Below are positions 20,061 to 30,248 of a DNA stretch of 64,000 nt, piece after piece (within the stretch, counting starts at the first letter, position 1; every line of letters begins with the position of its first letter). Under the pieces are notes generated by a model. It did no database searches. It was given only the letters and a program-made list of their open reading frames with translations, and was not told the origin of the DNA. The stretch is from an uncultured Trueperaceae bacterium (GTDB lineage: Bacteria; Deinococcota; Deinococci; Deinococcales; Trueperaceae), in NCBI GenBank assembly GCA_963799485.1, contig CAWCXJ010000004.1, positions 128,001 through 192,000 on the forward strand, in the 5' to 3' direction. Both the position numbers and the translations under genes were made by a program.

Positions 20061-21596
20061 GTGGCAGAAGACAAACCGCAGACGGCAGGAAAAAAGGGCC
20101 TAACGCACAGCACGCTGGTAGGTTTTTTCTGGTCTTTTGCCGGTACTGGCGCTCAGGCTGGCTTACAGTTTCTGGTGTTAGCCGTTTTGTCACGGCTGCT
20201 TGTACCTGCTCAGTTTGGTCTTATCAATATCGCCAACACTATCGTTATCTTTGCCGGCTTCCTTTATCAGCTTGGGCTCGGCCCCGCACTGATTCAGCGT
20301 AAAGTCGTCACCGCCGATCATATCCGCTCAGGGTTTACCTTTACGATGATCCTGAGCGTCATGCTCACTGTGCTGGTATGGATTCTGGCGCCTTTTCTGG
20401 CAAGCTTTTACCCGAAGATTCCAGGACTTTTAGAGGTGATCCGCGGGATGTCGTTTCTGTTTGTAATCAACGGTATCGGGGCAGTAGCCCGCGCGCTCAA
20501 CTTCCGCAACCTCAACTTTAAGATTAAAGCGCGCTTTAACGCCGTGGCCTACGTCGTTGGTTACGGGATGGTCGGGGTCGGGTTGGCTTTTTTAGGGTTT
20601 GGCGCGTGGTCTTTGGTATGGGCGTCGCTCAGCCAATCGCTCGTCACCAGCATCCTTTTTTTAGGCGCTTCACCTCACCCTAAAGGCTTTCAACTCAATA
20701 AGAAGGCCCTTGGAGAGCTCTGGTCGATGGGTTCTGGCTTTACCCTCGGACAAATCTTTAACCGTATTGCGGGTTCCTCGGACAACCTTATCGTCGGGGC
20801 GACGCTGGGTAGCCAGGCGGTCGGGCTTTACGGGCGCGCCTATCAACTTATGGTTTTGCCCTCGCAGTATTTCGGACAGGTACTCGACCAGGTACTTTTT
20901 ACCGCGATGTCCAAAAAACAAGATCAGCCCAAAGTCCTGGGGGCTGTGTACCGCCGCGGCGTCGTTACCATTGCGCTCGTCGTAATGCCGCTCAGCGCGC
21001 TGTTGTTCTTTCTGGCACCTGAATTCATCCGTGTTCTTTTGGGCAATCAGTGGGACGCGATCATCGTACCGTTTAAGATTTTTGCCCTGACGATGCTCTT
21101 TAGAACGAGTTACAAGATGGGCGACTCGATCTGCCGTTCGACCGGCGTCGTGTTTCAGCGGGCGTTGCGGCAGTTTTACTTTTCGGTGCTGATTATTGCA
21201 GGAACCTGGATCGGGCAGTATCAGGGTATCGTCGGCGTTACGGTGGGGGTAAGTATCGCGATCGCCTTTAACTTTTTTTCGATGGCGCAGCTTGGCCTCA
21301 AGGTCACCGGAATGACGTGGGCGACGTTTTTTGCAGCTCACGTTCCGGCGCTCTTTCTGACCGGGGTCGCCGCCCTCGAGTCGTGGCTGCTCGCCGACTT
21401 GTTGCGCGCTTTGGCGTGGCCCGACGTGTTCGTTTTGTTCGGTTCGGTCGGCGGCGTCGGCGTTACGCTGCTCGCCCTTATCTGGCTGTTGCCGCGCTTC
21501 TTTCTGGGTGAGGACGGCTTGTGGGTGTTGAAAACCGTCGGTGCCTACTTTCCTAAAGCCGTACAAGTTCAGATTAGTAAACTTCAGTACCGCTAG
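20061..21596 (+). CDS. Wzx/PST-family polysaccharide flippase
   Basis: LSRLLVPAQFGL, LGLGPALIQRK, GFGAWSLV, DNLIVGATLGSQAVGLYGRAYQL; multi-TM. Confidence 0.9.
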   Translation: MAEDKPQTAGKKGLTHSTLVGFFWSFAGTGAQAGLQFLVLAVLSRLLVPAQFGLINIANTIVIFAGFLYQLGLGPALIQRKVVTADHIRSGFTFTMILSVMLTVLVWILAPFLASFYPKIPGLLEVIRGMSFLFVINGIGAVARALNFRNLNFKIKARFNAVAYVVGYGMVGVGLAFLGFGAWSLVWASLSQSLVTSILFLGASPHPKGFQLNKKALGELWSMGSGFTLGQIFNRIAGSSDNLIVGATLGSQAVGLYGRAYQLMVLPSQYFGQVLDQVLFTAMSKKQDQPKVLGAVYRRGVVTIALVVMPLSALLFFLAPEFIRVLLGNQWDAIIVPFKIFALTMLFRTSYKMGDSICRSTGVVFQRALRQFYFSVLIIAGTWIGQYQGIVGVTVGVSIAIAFNFFSMAQLGLKVTGMTWATFFAAHVPALFLTGVAALESWLLADLLRALAWPDVFVLFGSVGGVGVTLLALIWLLPRFFLGEDGLWVLKTVGAYFPKAVQVQISKLQYR

Positions 21597-21682
21597 GAAG
21601 ACCCCGTTACCGTTATGCTGATACCTATGCCCGTAAGCTTACTCCCGAGTCCAACTGCGCCGCACCCAGGTCTACCGCGCCG

Positions 21683-22798
21683 ATGAAGACGCGTAAACCC
21701 GTGCTGTCGCTCTATCTGCCCAATCTGGACGGCGGCGGCGCTGAACGTATGATGGTCAACCTGGCCGCCGGTTTTGCAGGGCGCGGCTTCCCTACCGACC
21801 TGGTACTGGCCGAGGCCAAAGGCCCTTACCTCGAGCAGGTCGCGCCGGACGTGCGGATAATTGACCTCGCCTCGAGCGGTGTCAGCGCCAGCCTGCCCAA
21901 ACTGGTGCGTTACCTGCGCCGGAACCGACCCGCCGCGCTGTTAGCGACCCTCAACCACGCGAGCGTCGTCGCGCTCTTGGCCCGCGCGCTCGCGGGGGTA
22001 CCGACCAGGACCGTTATCCGCGAATCCAATATGCTTTTTCCCAAACCGGCCTTGAGCCTTAAAGGGGTCTCGTTGCGGACGTCCGTGCGCCTTTTTTACC
22101 CCTGGGCCGACGCCCACGTCGCCGTGTCGCAAGGGGTTGCCGACGACCTGGCACGTTTTATGAAAACCGGTACAAAAAAGATCCACACGATCTATAACCC
22201 GGTCGTGACCGACGAACTCTTCCAGCGTGCGCGGCAAAGGCCCGCACACCCCTGGTTCGCGCCCGGGGAACCTCCTGTCATCCTGGGCGTCGGACGGCTC
22301 GCCCCACAAAAAGATTTTCCGACCCTCATCCGGGCGTTTGCTGCCGTCTACCAAAAACGTCCGGCGCGGCTGATGATTCTAGGCGAGGGTAACCAGCGTG
22401 ACGAACTGACGGCGCTCACGCGCGAGCTTGACTTGGAGGACGCGGTTGCCCTCCCCGGCTTTGCCCAAAACCCTTTCTCGTACATGGCGCACGCCGATAC
22501 CTTCGCCCTCTCGTCGAAGTTCGAGGGTCTGCCCGGCGCACTTATTCAGGCGATGGCGTGCGGCTGCAAGGTCGTCAGCACCGACTGTCCGAGCGGCCCC
22601 CGTGAAATTTTACGGGGCGGTCAACTCGCTCCCCTGGTTCCCGTCGGCGACGCGGGCGCGCTCGCAGCGGCGATCTTGGAAAGTCTGAGCGCGCCGCCTG
22701 ACCCGGCCCTGCAAACCCGAGCGTGCGACTTTACCGAAGCGCGCATCTTGCCGCAGTACCTAAACGTCCTCTTGCCTGCAGCTGCGACCTATGACTAG
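21683..22798 (+). CDS. GT4 glycosyltransferase
   Basis: GGGAERMMVNLA, VGRLAPQKDF, SKFEGLPGALIQAMACG. Confidence 0.92.
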   Translation: MKTRKPVLSLYLPNLDGGGAERMMVNLAAGFAGRGFPTDLVLAEAKGPYLEQVAPDVRIIDLASSGVSASLPKLVRYLRRNRPAALLATLNHASVVALLARALAGVPTRTVIRESNMLFPKPALSLKGVSLRTSVRLFYPWADAHVAVSQGVADDLARFMKTGTKKIHTIYNPVVTDELFQRARQRPAHPWFAPGEPPVILGVGRLAPQKDFPTLIRAFAAVYQKRPARLMILGEGNQRDELTALTRELDLEDAVALPGFAQNPFSYMAHADTFALSSKFEGLPGALIQAMACGCKVVSTDCPSGPREILRGGQLAPLVPVGDAGALAAAILESLSAPPDPALQTRACDFTEARILPQYLNVLLPAAATYD

Positions 22799-22819
22799 CC
22801 CGGCTACGGTCTCGCCACA

Positions 22820-24016
22820 GTGAAGATCATCTATATCACCGCCTCGCTGCCGTATGGGGCGACCGAGGTCTTTGCTATCCCCGAAGTGCGCGAGCTGATC
22901 CGCCGGGGGCACGAGCTGAAAATCGTTCCGGTAACGCGCTACTCGCAAGGGGTTCACAGCGACGCCGAGCCTTTTCTGGCGCTGACCGAATACGAAACGC
23001 TGCTGTCGCAAAAGGTGTTGCGGGCTGCGCCGCTTGGGTTCGCACGCGCGCCGGTGCGGGCGGCGGGGGCGCTTTCACGTACACTCGTCGGTCAGCGCCG
23101 GGGCGCTGTTAAAAAAAACCTCGGCAGCTTTCCCAAAGCCTTGTGGCTTGCGGGGCTGGCGCGCCGCTGGGAGGCCGACCACATTCACGCGTACTGGGCT
23201 TCGGTCGCGGCGACGACGGCGATGGTCGCCGCCGAAACGAGCGGCGTGCCGTGGAGTTTTACCGCGCACCGCTGGGACATCGAGACGCCCAACGCGTTTC
23301 GGGCCAAGCTCGAGAGTGCCCGCTTCGTCCGGTTTATAGCCGGGGACGGCCTCGAGTTAGCGCGCCCCGTCGCCGGCCCCGAACTGGACAACAAGGCCGT
23401 GCTGATCCGGATGGGCGTCCCTTTAAGTAACCACCGGCTGGAGAAAACCGAGCCCCCCGCCGGCGTGCAGCTGCGGGTTATCTGCACGGGCAGCCTGATT
23501 CCGCGTAAAGGCCAGCAGTTTTTGCTCGCGGCCGTAGCACGTCTTCAAGCTCAGGGGATTCACGTTCAGGTCAGCTTAGCCGGCGACGGCGAGACGCGTG
23601 AGGCGCTTGCAAACCAGGCTCAGGTGCTGGGAATCGCCGACCACATCGTCTTTTTAGGCAACGTCGACCACGCCGCATTGCTAGACAGCTACAGCAGAGG
23701 CCACTACGACGCCTTCGTTTTGCCGAGTCTGCACGAGGGGATTTCGATTGCGCTGATCGAGGCGATGTCGCGCGGACTTCCGGCGATTGCCACCGACGTC
23801 GGCGGAACCCGCGAATTGCTGACCGAAGGGACGGGACAACTTATTCCTGCTGAAAACGTAGACAGCCTCGTCAAAGCGCTGACGCTACTCGTCCGCAGTG
23901 AACCCGAACGGCTCAGGCAAGGCCAGGCGGGCCGCGCGCGGGTGATGAACGACCACGATATCAAGGGCGTGGTCGACGCGCTCGAGGCCCAATTTCAAAA
24001 GTTTAGTAGACCCTAA
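22820..24016 (+). CDS. GT4 glycosyltransferase (WcaL-like)
   Basis: HIHAYW, SFTAH, GSLIPRKG, EGISIALIEAMSRGLP. Confidence 0.9.
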   Translation: MKIIYITASLPYGATEVFAIPEVRELIRRGHELKIVPVTRYSQGVHSDAEPFLALTEYETLLSQKVLRAAPLGFARAPVRAAGALSRTLVGQRRGAVKKNLGSFPKALWLAGLARRWEADHIHAYWASVAATTAMVAAETSGVPWSFTAHRWDIETPNAFRAKLESARFVRFIAGDGLELARPVAGPELDNKAVLIRMGVPLSNHRLEKTEPPAGVQLRVICTGSLIPRKGQQFLLAAVARLQAQGIHVQVSLAGDGETREALANQAQVLGIADHIVFLGNVDHAALLDSYSRGHYDAFVLPSLHEGISIALIEAMSRGLPAIATDVGGTRELLTEGTGQLIPAENVDSLVKALTLLVRSEPERLRQGQAGRARVMNDHDIKGVVDALEAQFQKFSRP

Positions 24017-24019
24017 TTT

Positions 24020-25240
24020 ATGAAAATTACCTACCTCCACCAGTACTTTCACACCCCCGACGTTCCCGGCAGCACCCGTTCGTATGAGATGGCGCGCCGG
24101 TTCGTAGCGCAGGGCCACGAGGTCAATCTGATTACTTCCGACCGGCACGCGGCGCCGGGGAGCGGCTGGCGCGTGTCGGATGAGGCGGGCATCCGCGTTC
24201 ACTGGCTGCCGGTACCGTACTCAAACGAGATGAGTACCCGCGAACGTATAGGCGCGTTTTTCAAGTTTGCCCGCGGCGCGGCGCAAAAAGCCGCAGGTCT
24301 CCCTGCCGACCTGATCTTTGCGAGCAGTACCCCGCTCACCATTGCGCTGCCGGCGGTCTGGGCAGCCAAGCGGCAGCGGGTGCCGATGGTCTTTGAAGTC
24401 CGTGACCTCTGGCCCGAGTTGCCGATTGCCATGGGCGCGCTGAGGGGTGAGCCGACGATCTACGCCGCCGAGCGGCTCGAGCGTTTCGCCTACCGTAACG
24501 CCGCGCAGGTCATCGCCCTTTCACCGGGTATGAAAGCCGGCGTGGTCAAAACCGGATATCCGGCGGCGCGCGTTCACGTGATTCCCAACAGCTCGGATCT
24601 CGCGCTTTTCGACGTGCCGGCGTCGGCGGGTGAGCGGTTCCGGGCAGAACACGACTGGCTCGGCGACCGGCCCCTTGTCGCCTACATCGGAACATTAGGT
24701 CAAATCAACGGTGTGTCGTATCTTGCAGAGCTGGCCGCCAAAGTACGACCTGAAGCGCCCGAGGTGCGTTTTGCCGTTTACGGCGGCGGCTTCGACGCCG
24801 AAAAAGTGCGGCGGCGTGCACACGAACTCGGCGTGCTGAACGAAACCTTTTTTATGCCGGGGCCGATTCCTAAAAATCAAGTCCCGAACGTTCTTTCCGC
24901 TGCAACCCTCGCGTCGTCGCTGTTTATCGACCTCAAAGAGATGTGGGACAACTCGGCGAACAAGTTTTTCGACGGGCTCGCGGCAGGGCGGCCCGTTTTG
25001 ATCAACTACGGCGGCTGGCAAGCCGATATCGTGCGCGAAACCGGCGCGGGTTTGGTGCTCGACCCACACGATATGGACAAAGCAAAAGACGCGCTGCTAA
25101 AGGTGTTGGGTGACGAGGCGTGGCTCAAGGATGCCGGTCAAAAAGCGCGCAAGCTGGCTCGGGAACGCTTTTCCAGAGATGGTCTGGCTGCCGAACTGAT
25201 CGCTGTGCTCGAGCAAACGCACAAGGAAGCCCGCTGCTAG
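24020..25240 (+). CDS. GT4 glycosyltransferase (WbuB-like)
   Basis: YLHQYFHTP, STRSYEMARR, FEVRDLWPE, NKFFDGLAAGRP. Confidence 0.9.
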   Translation: MKITYLHQYFHTPDVPGSTRSYEMARRFVAQGHEVNLITSDRHAAPGSGWRVSDEAGIRVHWLPVPYSNEMSTRERIGAFFKFARGAAQKAAGLPADLIFASSTPLTIALPAVWAAKRQRVPMVFEVRDLWPELPIAMGALRGEPTIYAAERLERFAYRNAAQVIALSPGMKAGVVKTGYPAARVHVIPNSSDLALFDVPASAGERFRAEHDWLGDRPLVAYIGTLGQINGVSYLAELAAKVRPEAPEVRFAVYGGGFDAEKVRRRAHELGVLNETFFMPGPIPKNQVPNVLSAATLASSLFIDLKEMWDNSANKFFDGLAAGRPVLINYGGWQADIVRETGAGLVLDPHDMDKAKDALLKVLGDEAWLKDAGQKARKLARERFSRDGLAAELIAVLEQTHKEARC

Positions 25241-25297
25241 CACGTTATGATGTACAGGTTTTGGGGCTCGCCCCGCAGTCTTGTTTAGGAGTCCACT

Positions 25298-26119
25298 ATG
25301 CCCATCAATCTAGAGGCGCTCGCGCCTGAGCTCATCGCGGCTGCGAAAGCTGCCGGTGACGTCATCATGCAGGTCTACGAAAGCGAGGATTTCGGCGTCG
25401 AGACCAAAGCCGACGACTCGCCCTTGACCAAAGCCGACCTCGCCTCGAACCGGGTGATCTTAGAGCATTTGCATAAACTGACCCCGGACATCCCGGTTTT
25501 GTCCGAAGAGTCGAAACACGTGCCCTACGCTGAACGCAAAGCGTGGACGCAGTTCTGGCTCGTCGATCCGCTAGACGGCACCAAGGAGTTTATCAAACGC
25601 AACGGCGAGTTTACGGTCAATATCGCGCTCATTGAAGACGGCGTGCCGGTTTTCGGCGTGGTTTACGCTCCGGCTCTCAACTTGACCTACTGGGCAGCGG
25701 CGGGTCTGGGCGCGTTCAAGGGCGAAGGAGCGGGCAACCGCATCGAAGCACAGGAGTACCGCAGCGGCCCACTCAACCTGGTTGCAAGCCGTTCGCACGC
25801 CGGGGCCGCCACTGAAGCGCTGGTGGGAGAACTCGAGCAGACCACCCCCGTAAACCTGGTCTCGAGCGGTTCGTCGTTAAAACTCTGCTTGGTCGCCGAC
25901 GCTCAGGCGCACCTCTATCCGCGTTTTGGCCCGACGATGGAGTGGGACACCGCCGCCGCGCAGTGTGTCGCCGAGCAAGCCGGGGCAAGGGTACGTGAAC
26001 CGGGCGGCGGGCCTCTTCGCTACAACAAGGAAAATCTGTTAAATCCCTATTTTATCGTGACCAAAAGCGAGGCACTCTTCAAAAAGGCCTCCGACGTAGG
26101 GCTAAATACGACCAAGTAG
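25298..26119 (+). CDS. cysQ: 3'(2'),5'-bisphosphate nucleotidase CysQ
   Basis: KADDSPLTKAD, WLVDPLDGTKEF, GSSLKLC, PTMEWDTAAAQ. Confidence 0.95.
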   Translation: MPINLEALAPELIAAAKAAGDVIMQVYESEDFGVETKADDSPLTKADLASNRVILEHLHKLTPDIPVLSEESKHVPYAERKAWTQFWLVDPLDGTKEFIKRNGEFTVNIALIEDGVPVFGVVYAPALNLTYWAAAGLGAFKGEGAGNRIEAQEYRSGPLNLVASRSHAGAATEALVGELEQTTPVNLVSSGSSLKLCLVADAQAHLYPRFGPTMEWDTAAAQCVAEQAGARVREPGGGPLRYNKENLLNPYFIVTKSEALFKKASDVGLNTTK

Positions 26120-26210
26120 ACAGCGTACTAGGTATAACCGGGAGGACGACCCGAGCGTCTATCCCAGTGCAAATTACCGACCACTTGAACCTCAAAAGGA
26201 GTTCCAAACG

Positions 26211-27380
26211 ATGTCCAAACCTCTGATTTCTCCACACGGCAGTACCCTCGTCGACCGCGTGCTTAGCGGCAGCGAACGTGACGACGCCGTAAAACGCGCG
26301 CAAAACCTGCCAAAGCTTGCGTTGTCTGAGCGCAATTTGGCCGACCTCGAGTGCCTCGCTACCGGCATCTACAGCCCGTTGGAGGGATTTGTCAGCGAAG
26401 CCGACTATGAGAGCATCGTTGAGAATATGCGCCTTTCCAACGGCACTGTCTGGAGCATTCCGATTACCTTGCAGGTTGCAGAAGACGCCGCCGAACAGTA
26501 CCCGGTGGGCCGGGAAATCGCCCTCACCAGCGGCGGCGAAATCCTCGCGGTGATGAACGTCACCGATGTTTACCGCCCCGACCAGACCCGTGAGGCCGAA
26601 CAGGTCTACCGAACGGGCGACAGCAAACACCCCGGCGTCGCGGCGATGATGGACGCGGGCAGCGTCTATCTGGGCGGGCCGATTTCCCTGGTCGGTGAAC
26701 TGCCCGAAGGCGAGTTCGGCGCGTACAAGTTCTACCCGAAAGAAACCCGCGCCAAGTTCGAGGAAAAAGGCTGGCACACCATCGTCGCCTTTCAGACGCG
26801 CAACCCGATTCACCGGGCGCACGAGTACATCACCAAGATCGCTTTGGAGGGCGTTGACGGGCTCTTTATCAACCCGCTCGTCGGCACCACCAAATCCGAC
26901 GACATCCCCGCCAGCGTCAGGATGCAGTGCTACAACATCCTGATTGAAAAGTACTACAACCAGGACAAGGTGATTTTGGGCGTCTATCCGGCAGCGATGC
27001 GTTACGGTGGCCCCCGCGAGGCGATTTTGCACGCGATTTCACGGCAAAACTACGGCTGTACGCACCTGATTGTCGGGCGCGATCACGCGGGCGTCGGCGA
27101 CTATTACGGGACTTACGACGCGCAGGAGATTTTCGACGAGCTAAGTGAAGGCGAGCTCTTAATCACCCCGATGAAGTTCGAGCACGCCTTTTACTGCACC
27201 CGCACCGAGCAGATGGCGACGCCGAAAACGACCTCCTCGACCCCCGAAGAGCGTATTCAACTCTCCGGCACCAAAGTCCGCGCGATGCTCTCCCAAGGTC
27301 AACTCCCACCGCCCGAATTCTCGCGGCCCGAAGTCGCCGAAGTCTTGATTCAAGCCTACCGGAAAGCGGAGACCGCGTAA
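26211..27380 (+). CDS. sat: Sulfate adenylyltransferase
   Basis: [32 protein letters not shown]. Confidence 0.96.
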   Translation: MSKPLISPHGSTLVDRVLSGSERDDAVKRAQNLPKLALSERNLADLECLATGIYSPLEGFVSEADYESIVENMRLSNGTVWSIPITLQVAEDAAEQYPVGREIALTSGGEILAVMNVTDVYRPDQTREAEQVYRTGDSKHPGVAAMMDAGSVYLGGPISLVGELPEGEFGAYKFYPKETRAKFEEKGWHTIVAFQTRNPIHRAHEYITKIALEGVDGLFINPLVGTTKSDDIPASVRMQCYNILIEKYYNQDKVILGVYPAAMRYGGPREAILHAISRQNYGCTHLIVGRDHAGVGDYYGTYDAQEIFDELSEGELLITPMKFEHAFYCTRTEQMATPKTTSSTPEERIQLSGTKVRAMLSQGQLPPPEFSRPEVAEVLIQAYRKAETA

Positions 27381-27381
27381 G

Positions 27382-28029
27382 ATGTCCCAGGTTAAATCCA
27401 ACAGCGTCAAACTCGACCGTATCAAAGCTGAAAACATCGTCTGGCACGAGCAGACTCTATCCAAAGAGGAGCGCGGCGCACTTAAACATCAGCGCCCCTG
27501 CATCTTGTGGTTTACCGGGCTGTCGGGTGCGGGCAAATCGACGGTGGCAAACGCGCTCGAGCAAGCTCTCCACGCGCGCGGCTATCACACCTACTTGCTC
27601 GACGGCGACAACGTGCGGCACGGCCTCAACAAGAACCTGGGTTTTAGCGCCGAAGACCGCGAGGAGAACATCCGCCGCATCGGAGAGGTCGCCAAGCTTT
27701 TCGTCGATGGTGGCACCATCGTGCTGACCGCGTTTATCTCGCCGTACCGCCGCGACCGCGAGCAGGTGCGCGCGCTTGTGGCTGAGGGCGAGTTTCTCGA
27801 GGTCTTTGTCGATACGCCCTTAGACGTGTGCGAAGACCGCGACCCCAAAGGCTTGTACAAAAAAGCCCGCGCAGGCGAAATCAAGCACTTTACGGGCATC
27901 GACGACCCTTACGAAGCGCCCGACCAGCCTGAAATCACGCTCCGCACAGACCAGAACAGCATCGAGGAGAGCGTGGTGCAGATTATGGAAGAGTTGGCGG
28001 CGCGGGGGTACCTAAAAGTCAAAGCTTGA
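27382..28029 (+). CDS. cysC: Adenylyl-sulfate kinase
   Basis: [34 protein letters not shown]. Confidence 0.96.
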   Translation: MSQVKSNSVKLDRIKAENIVWHEQTLSKEERGALKHQRPCILWFTGLSGAGKSTVANALEQALHARGYHTYLLDGDNVRHGLNKNLGFSAEDREENIRRIGEVAKLFVDGGTIVLTAFISPYRRDREQVRALVAEGEFLEVFVDTPLDVCEDRDPKGLYKKARAGEIKHFTGIDDPYEAPDQPEITLRTDQNSIEESVVQIMEELAARGYLKVKA

Positions 28030-28047
28030 AGCTAGAGATTTTTGGGG

Positions 28048-28085
28048 CAGGCTTGGGGAGACTCGAGCCTGTTTTCGTTTGTTTT
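28048..28085 (+). terminator. Intrinsic terminator after cysC
   Basis: CAGGCTTG...CGAGCCTG stem followed by TTTTCGTTTGTTTT. Confidence 0.65.
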
Positions 28086-28115
28086 AGCACCTCTTTTCAC
28101 AGCATAAGCCAAGGC

Positions 28116-28226
28116 GTGGCAAGCTGTTCCCTGGACTTACGGGAAAGCGCCGTCAAAGCGTACGTCGATGAAGGGCAAGCAAGAGTGCGGTAGCCAGACG
28201 CTTTGGGGTCTGTGAAAACCGCTATA
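28116..28226 (+). pseudogene. IS630-family transposase N-terminal HTH remnant
   Basis: GTG-ASCSLDLRESAVKAYVDEGQ, frameshift, SKSAVARRFGV; resembles the IS630 YSxDLRxR...VARRFGVS start. Confidence 0.6.
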
Positions 28227-28235
28227 GTCGACAAC

Positions 28236-28263
28236 AAAAAAGGCTGCTCGTCAAAGCAGCCTT
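28236..28263 (-). terminator. Intrinsic terminator for the 5'-nucleotidase gene
   Basis: AAGGCTGCT/AGCAGCCTT stem with an A-tract on the + strand side (U-tract on minus). Confidence 0.65.
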
Positions 28264-28289
28264 CCGGCTATGGGTTTATTTTTACGGCA

Positions 28290-30248
28290 TTACTTGGCGG
28301 TCGCTGTACCCAGCACGGTGTCGCTACGCGCTGAGAGGTTCTGAATCCGGGTGTCTTCGGCGGCGGGTGTATCGGCCCCGGTAAAGGTGCCGATCTCGCC
28401 GAGGTATTCGCCTAGTGCGGCCTGTTCAGCAGGTTCGATGTCTTCGCGCGCTGCGTCTGCCGGAAACGGGTAGCTGTCGCCGCCGTCGGCCAAAAAGCCT
28501 AACGTTACGACGCGAATGGGGCGTTCGGGGTCGCCGACGAGCTGACCGTTTTCAACAAGCACGTCTTTGACACTGCCGTCGTCGTTTAAGATGGCGGCGC
28601 TGCGGATGCGTTCACCGGGCGTGACAAGTTCGCCGTCTTCGCTGTAAACACTTCCGGGCAAGCCGGGGTCGAACGAAAAGCTGATGCCGCCGACCTGCGG
28701 AAACTGCCCCGGGGTTGCGCCGGGTTCGGACGCGGCGACGCCGTGCTCGAGCACCGCTTTGAGTTGCGCCGCCGTAAGCGTGAGAATACTCAGCGAGTTG
28801 TCGAAACGCAAGGCGTTTTGAATATCTAAAAGCGAAATCTGTCCGGCTTCTTTGCCGGTCAGCGGGTTGGCGACGGGCGGAATCAGGTTACCTTGACCGG
28901 GTTCGACCGCGCCGATCGAGGCGCGGATACCACCACCGTTTTTAATCGAGACGTCGACGGTCGGGTCGACGGCGCGCGCGGCGGCGAGGTTTGCGTCGGC
29001 GCTCAGGTTGCCGAGATTGGTTTCTTCAGTACGCACCGCGTCGCGCAGGCCGTTGAGGTAGAACTCGGTGGAGCCGAAGATTTGCCCGTCGAGTTCGGTG
29101 ATGACCGCGCGCACCTCACCTGTTGCCGCGACGACTTCGGGAGCGGGCGCAGCGTTGCCGGTCGCCTGAACGCCTTCAGGGTCGGTCGCGTAAGCGCCGC
29201 TCTCGTCGGAGATTTCAGAGAGCACCCCGGCTGCGTCGAAACCTGCGACCAGACGCCCGACGTAGCGGTATTCACGGGCAGTGTTGACAACTGCGACCGG
29301 CTGCCCGGTAGCTGAAGCGCGGAGGAGCGGATAGGTTCCGGCGCGTGTATCGTTTGCCCGCAAACGGTCGTTATCGTCGGCTAGGAGGGTGTCCGAACCG
29401 CCTGCGACGACGATATCAACGTCATTTAAGAGCGTGGCAAGCTCGAGTTCGTTACTCAGCTGCTGCAGGTGCGTGAGCAAGATGATCTTGTCGACGCCTT
29501 GCGCGCTCAGATCGTCGACGACAGGTTGAACGATCGTGGCGAGCGCTTCTAAATCAGCTGGGTTGGAGGGTGAAACCACCACATCACCGGGCGCGGAGAT
29601 GCTCGGCAACAGGGGCGTGGTGACGCCGACGACGCCGAAGGTTGCGCCCCCGGCGGTAATTATGGTGCTCCGCGCGATGCTGTTGGGGATAGTACTCGCT
29701 TCTTGCCCATCGGGAACCACGAAGTCGGCCAAATTGCTCCCCGAAAAGTCTAAGTTGCTGCTCAGGTACGGGAAGGTCGTACCGGGATAGAGGTCGGCTG
29801 CGGCTTCCTCGCCCTCAGCGGGTTCTTCGGCAGCGATAAGGTCGGCAACGACGCTCGTCCCGAGGTCGAACTCGTGATTGCCAAACGCGGCGGCCTGCGT
29901 TCCGAGCGCGTCCATAATGCGGATGTCGGCTTGTCCGGTGGTGGTGCTAAAAAACGGGCCGGAGATGTAAAGGTCGCCGGACATAAGCGTCAAGGTGGTG
30001 TCGTAGTCGTCACGGAGCGCGTTCAGCACCGAAGAAAAGCGCGGCGCGTCGTCGATGGCGTCGAGGCCTGCCTCCTGGTCTGAAGCGTGCAGAAGTTGCA
30101 ACGTGGTATCGGTTTCACCGGAGAGTGTCACGGCGGGGTCGCTGACGAAATCCGGGTCGGGCGCGGTCGCGCCGCCCCCGGCGTCGTCGCTGGCTGGCGC
30201 ACAGGCCGCGAGTAGCAAGAAAAGGGCGAGCAGGGTAGAACGTTTCAC
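28290..30248 (-). CDS. Lipoprotein bifunctional metallophosphatase / 5'-nucleotidase
   Basis: GGAGG + GTG; lipobox LLLAAC; LLHASDQE, SGD, GNHEFDLG, ETNLGNL.ADA, NGGGIRASI, GQFPQVGG. Confidence 0.9.
   Translation of the reverse strand: MKRSTLLALFLLLAACAPASDDAGGGATAPDPDFVSDPAVTLSGETDTTLQLLHASDQEAGLDAIDDAPRFSSVLNALRDDYDTTLTLMSGDLYISGPFFSTTTGQADIRIMDALGTQAAAFGNHEFDLGTSVVADLIAAEEPAEGEEAAADLYPGTTFPYLSSNLDFSGSNLADFVVPDGQEASTIPNSIARSTIITAGGATFGVVGVTTPLLPSISAPGDVVVSPSNPADLEALATIVQPVVDDLSAQGVDKIILLTHLQQLSNELELATLLNDVDIVVAGGSDTLLADDNDRLRANDTRAGTYPLLRASATGQPVAVVNTAREYRYVGRLVAGFDAAGVLSEISDESGAYATDPEGVQATGNAAPAPEVVAATGEVRAVITELDGQIFGSTEFYLNGLRDAVRTEETNLGNLSADANLAAARAVDPTVDVSIKNGGGIRASIGAVEPGQGNLIPPVANPLTGKEAGQISLLDIQNALRFDNSLSILTLTAAQLKAVLEHGVAASEPGATPGQFPQVGGISFSFDPGLPGSVYSEDGELVTPGERIRSAAILNDDGSVKDVLVENGQLVGDPERPIRVVTLGFLADGGDSYPFPADAAREDIEPAEQAALGEYLGEIGTFTGADTPAAEDTRIQNLSARSDTVLGTATAK

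Noticed and set aside
26079..27032. Long antisense ORFs (317 aa opposite sat; also 20670-21566, 33973-34680, 10777-11565)
   Set aside because: Shadow frames of well-supported genes in GC-rich DNA, with no recognisable motifs
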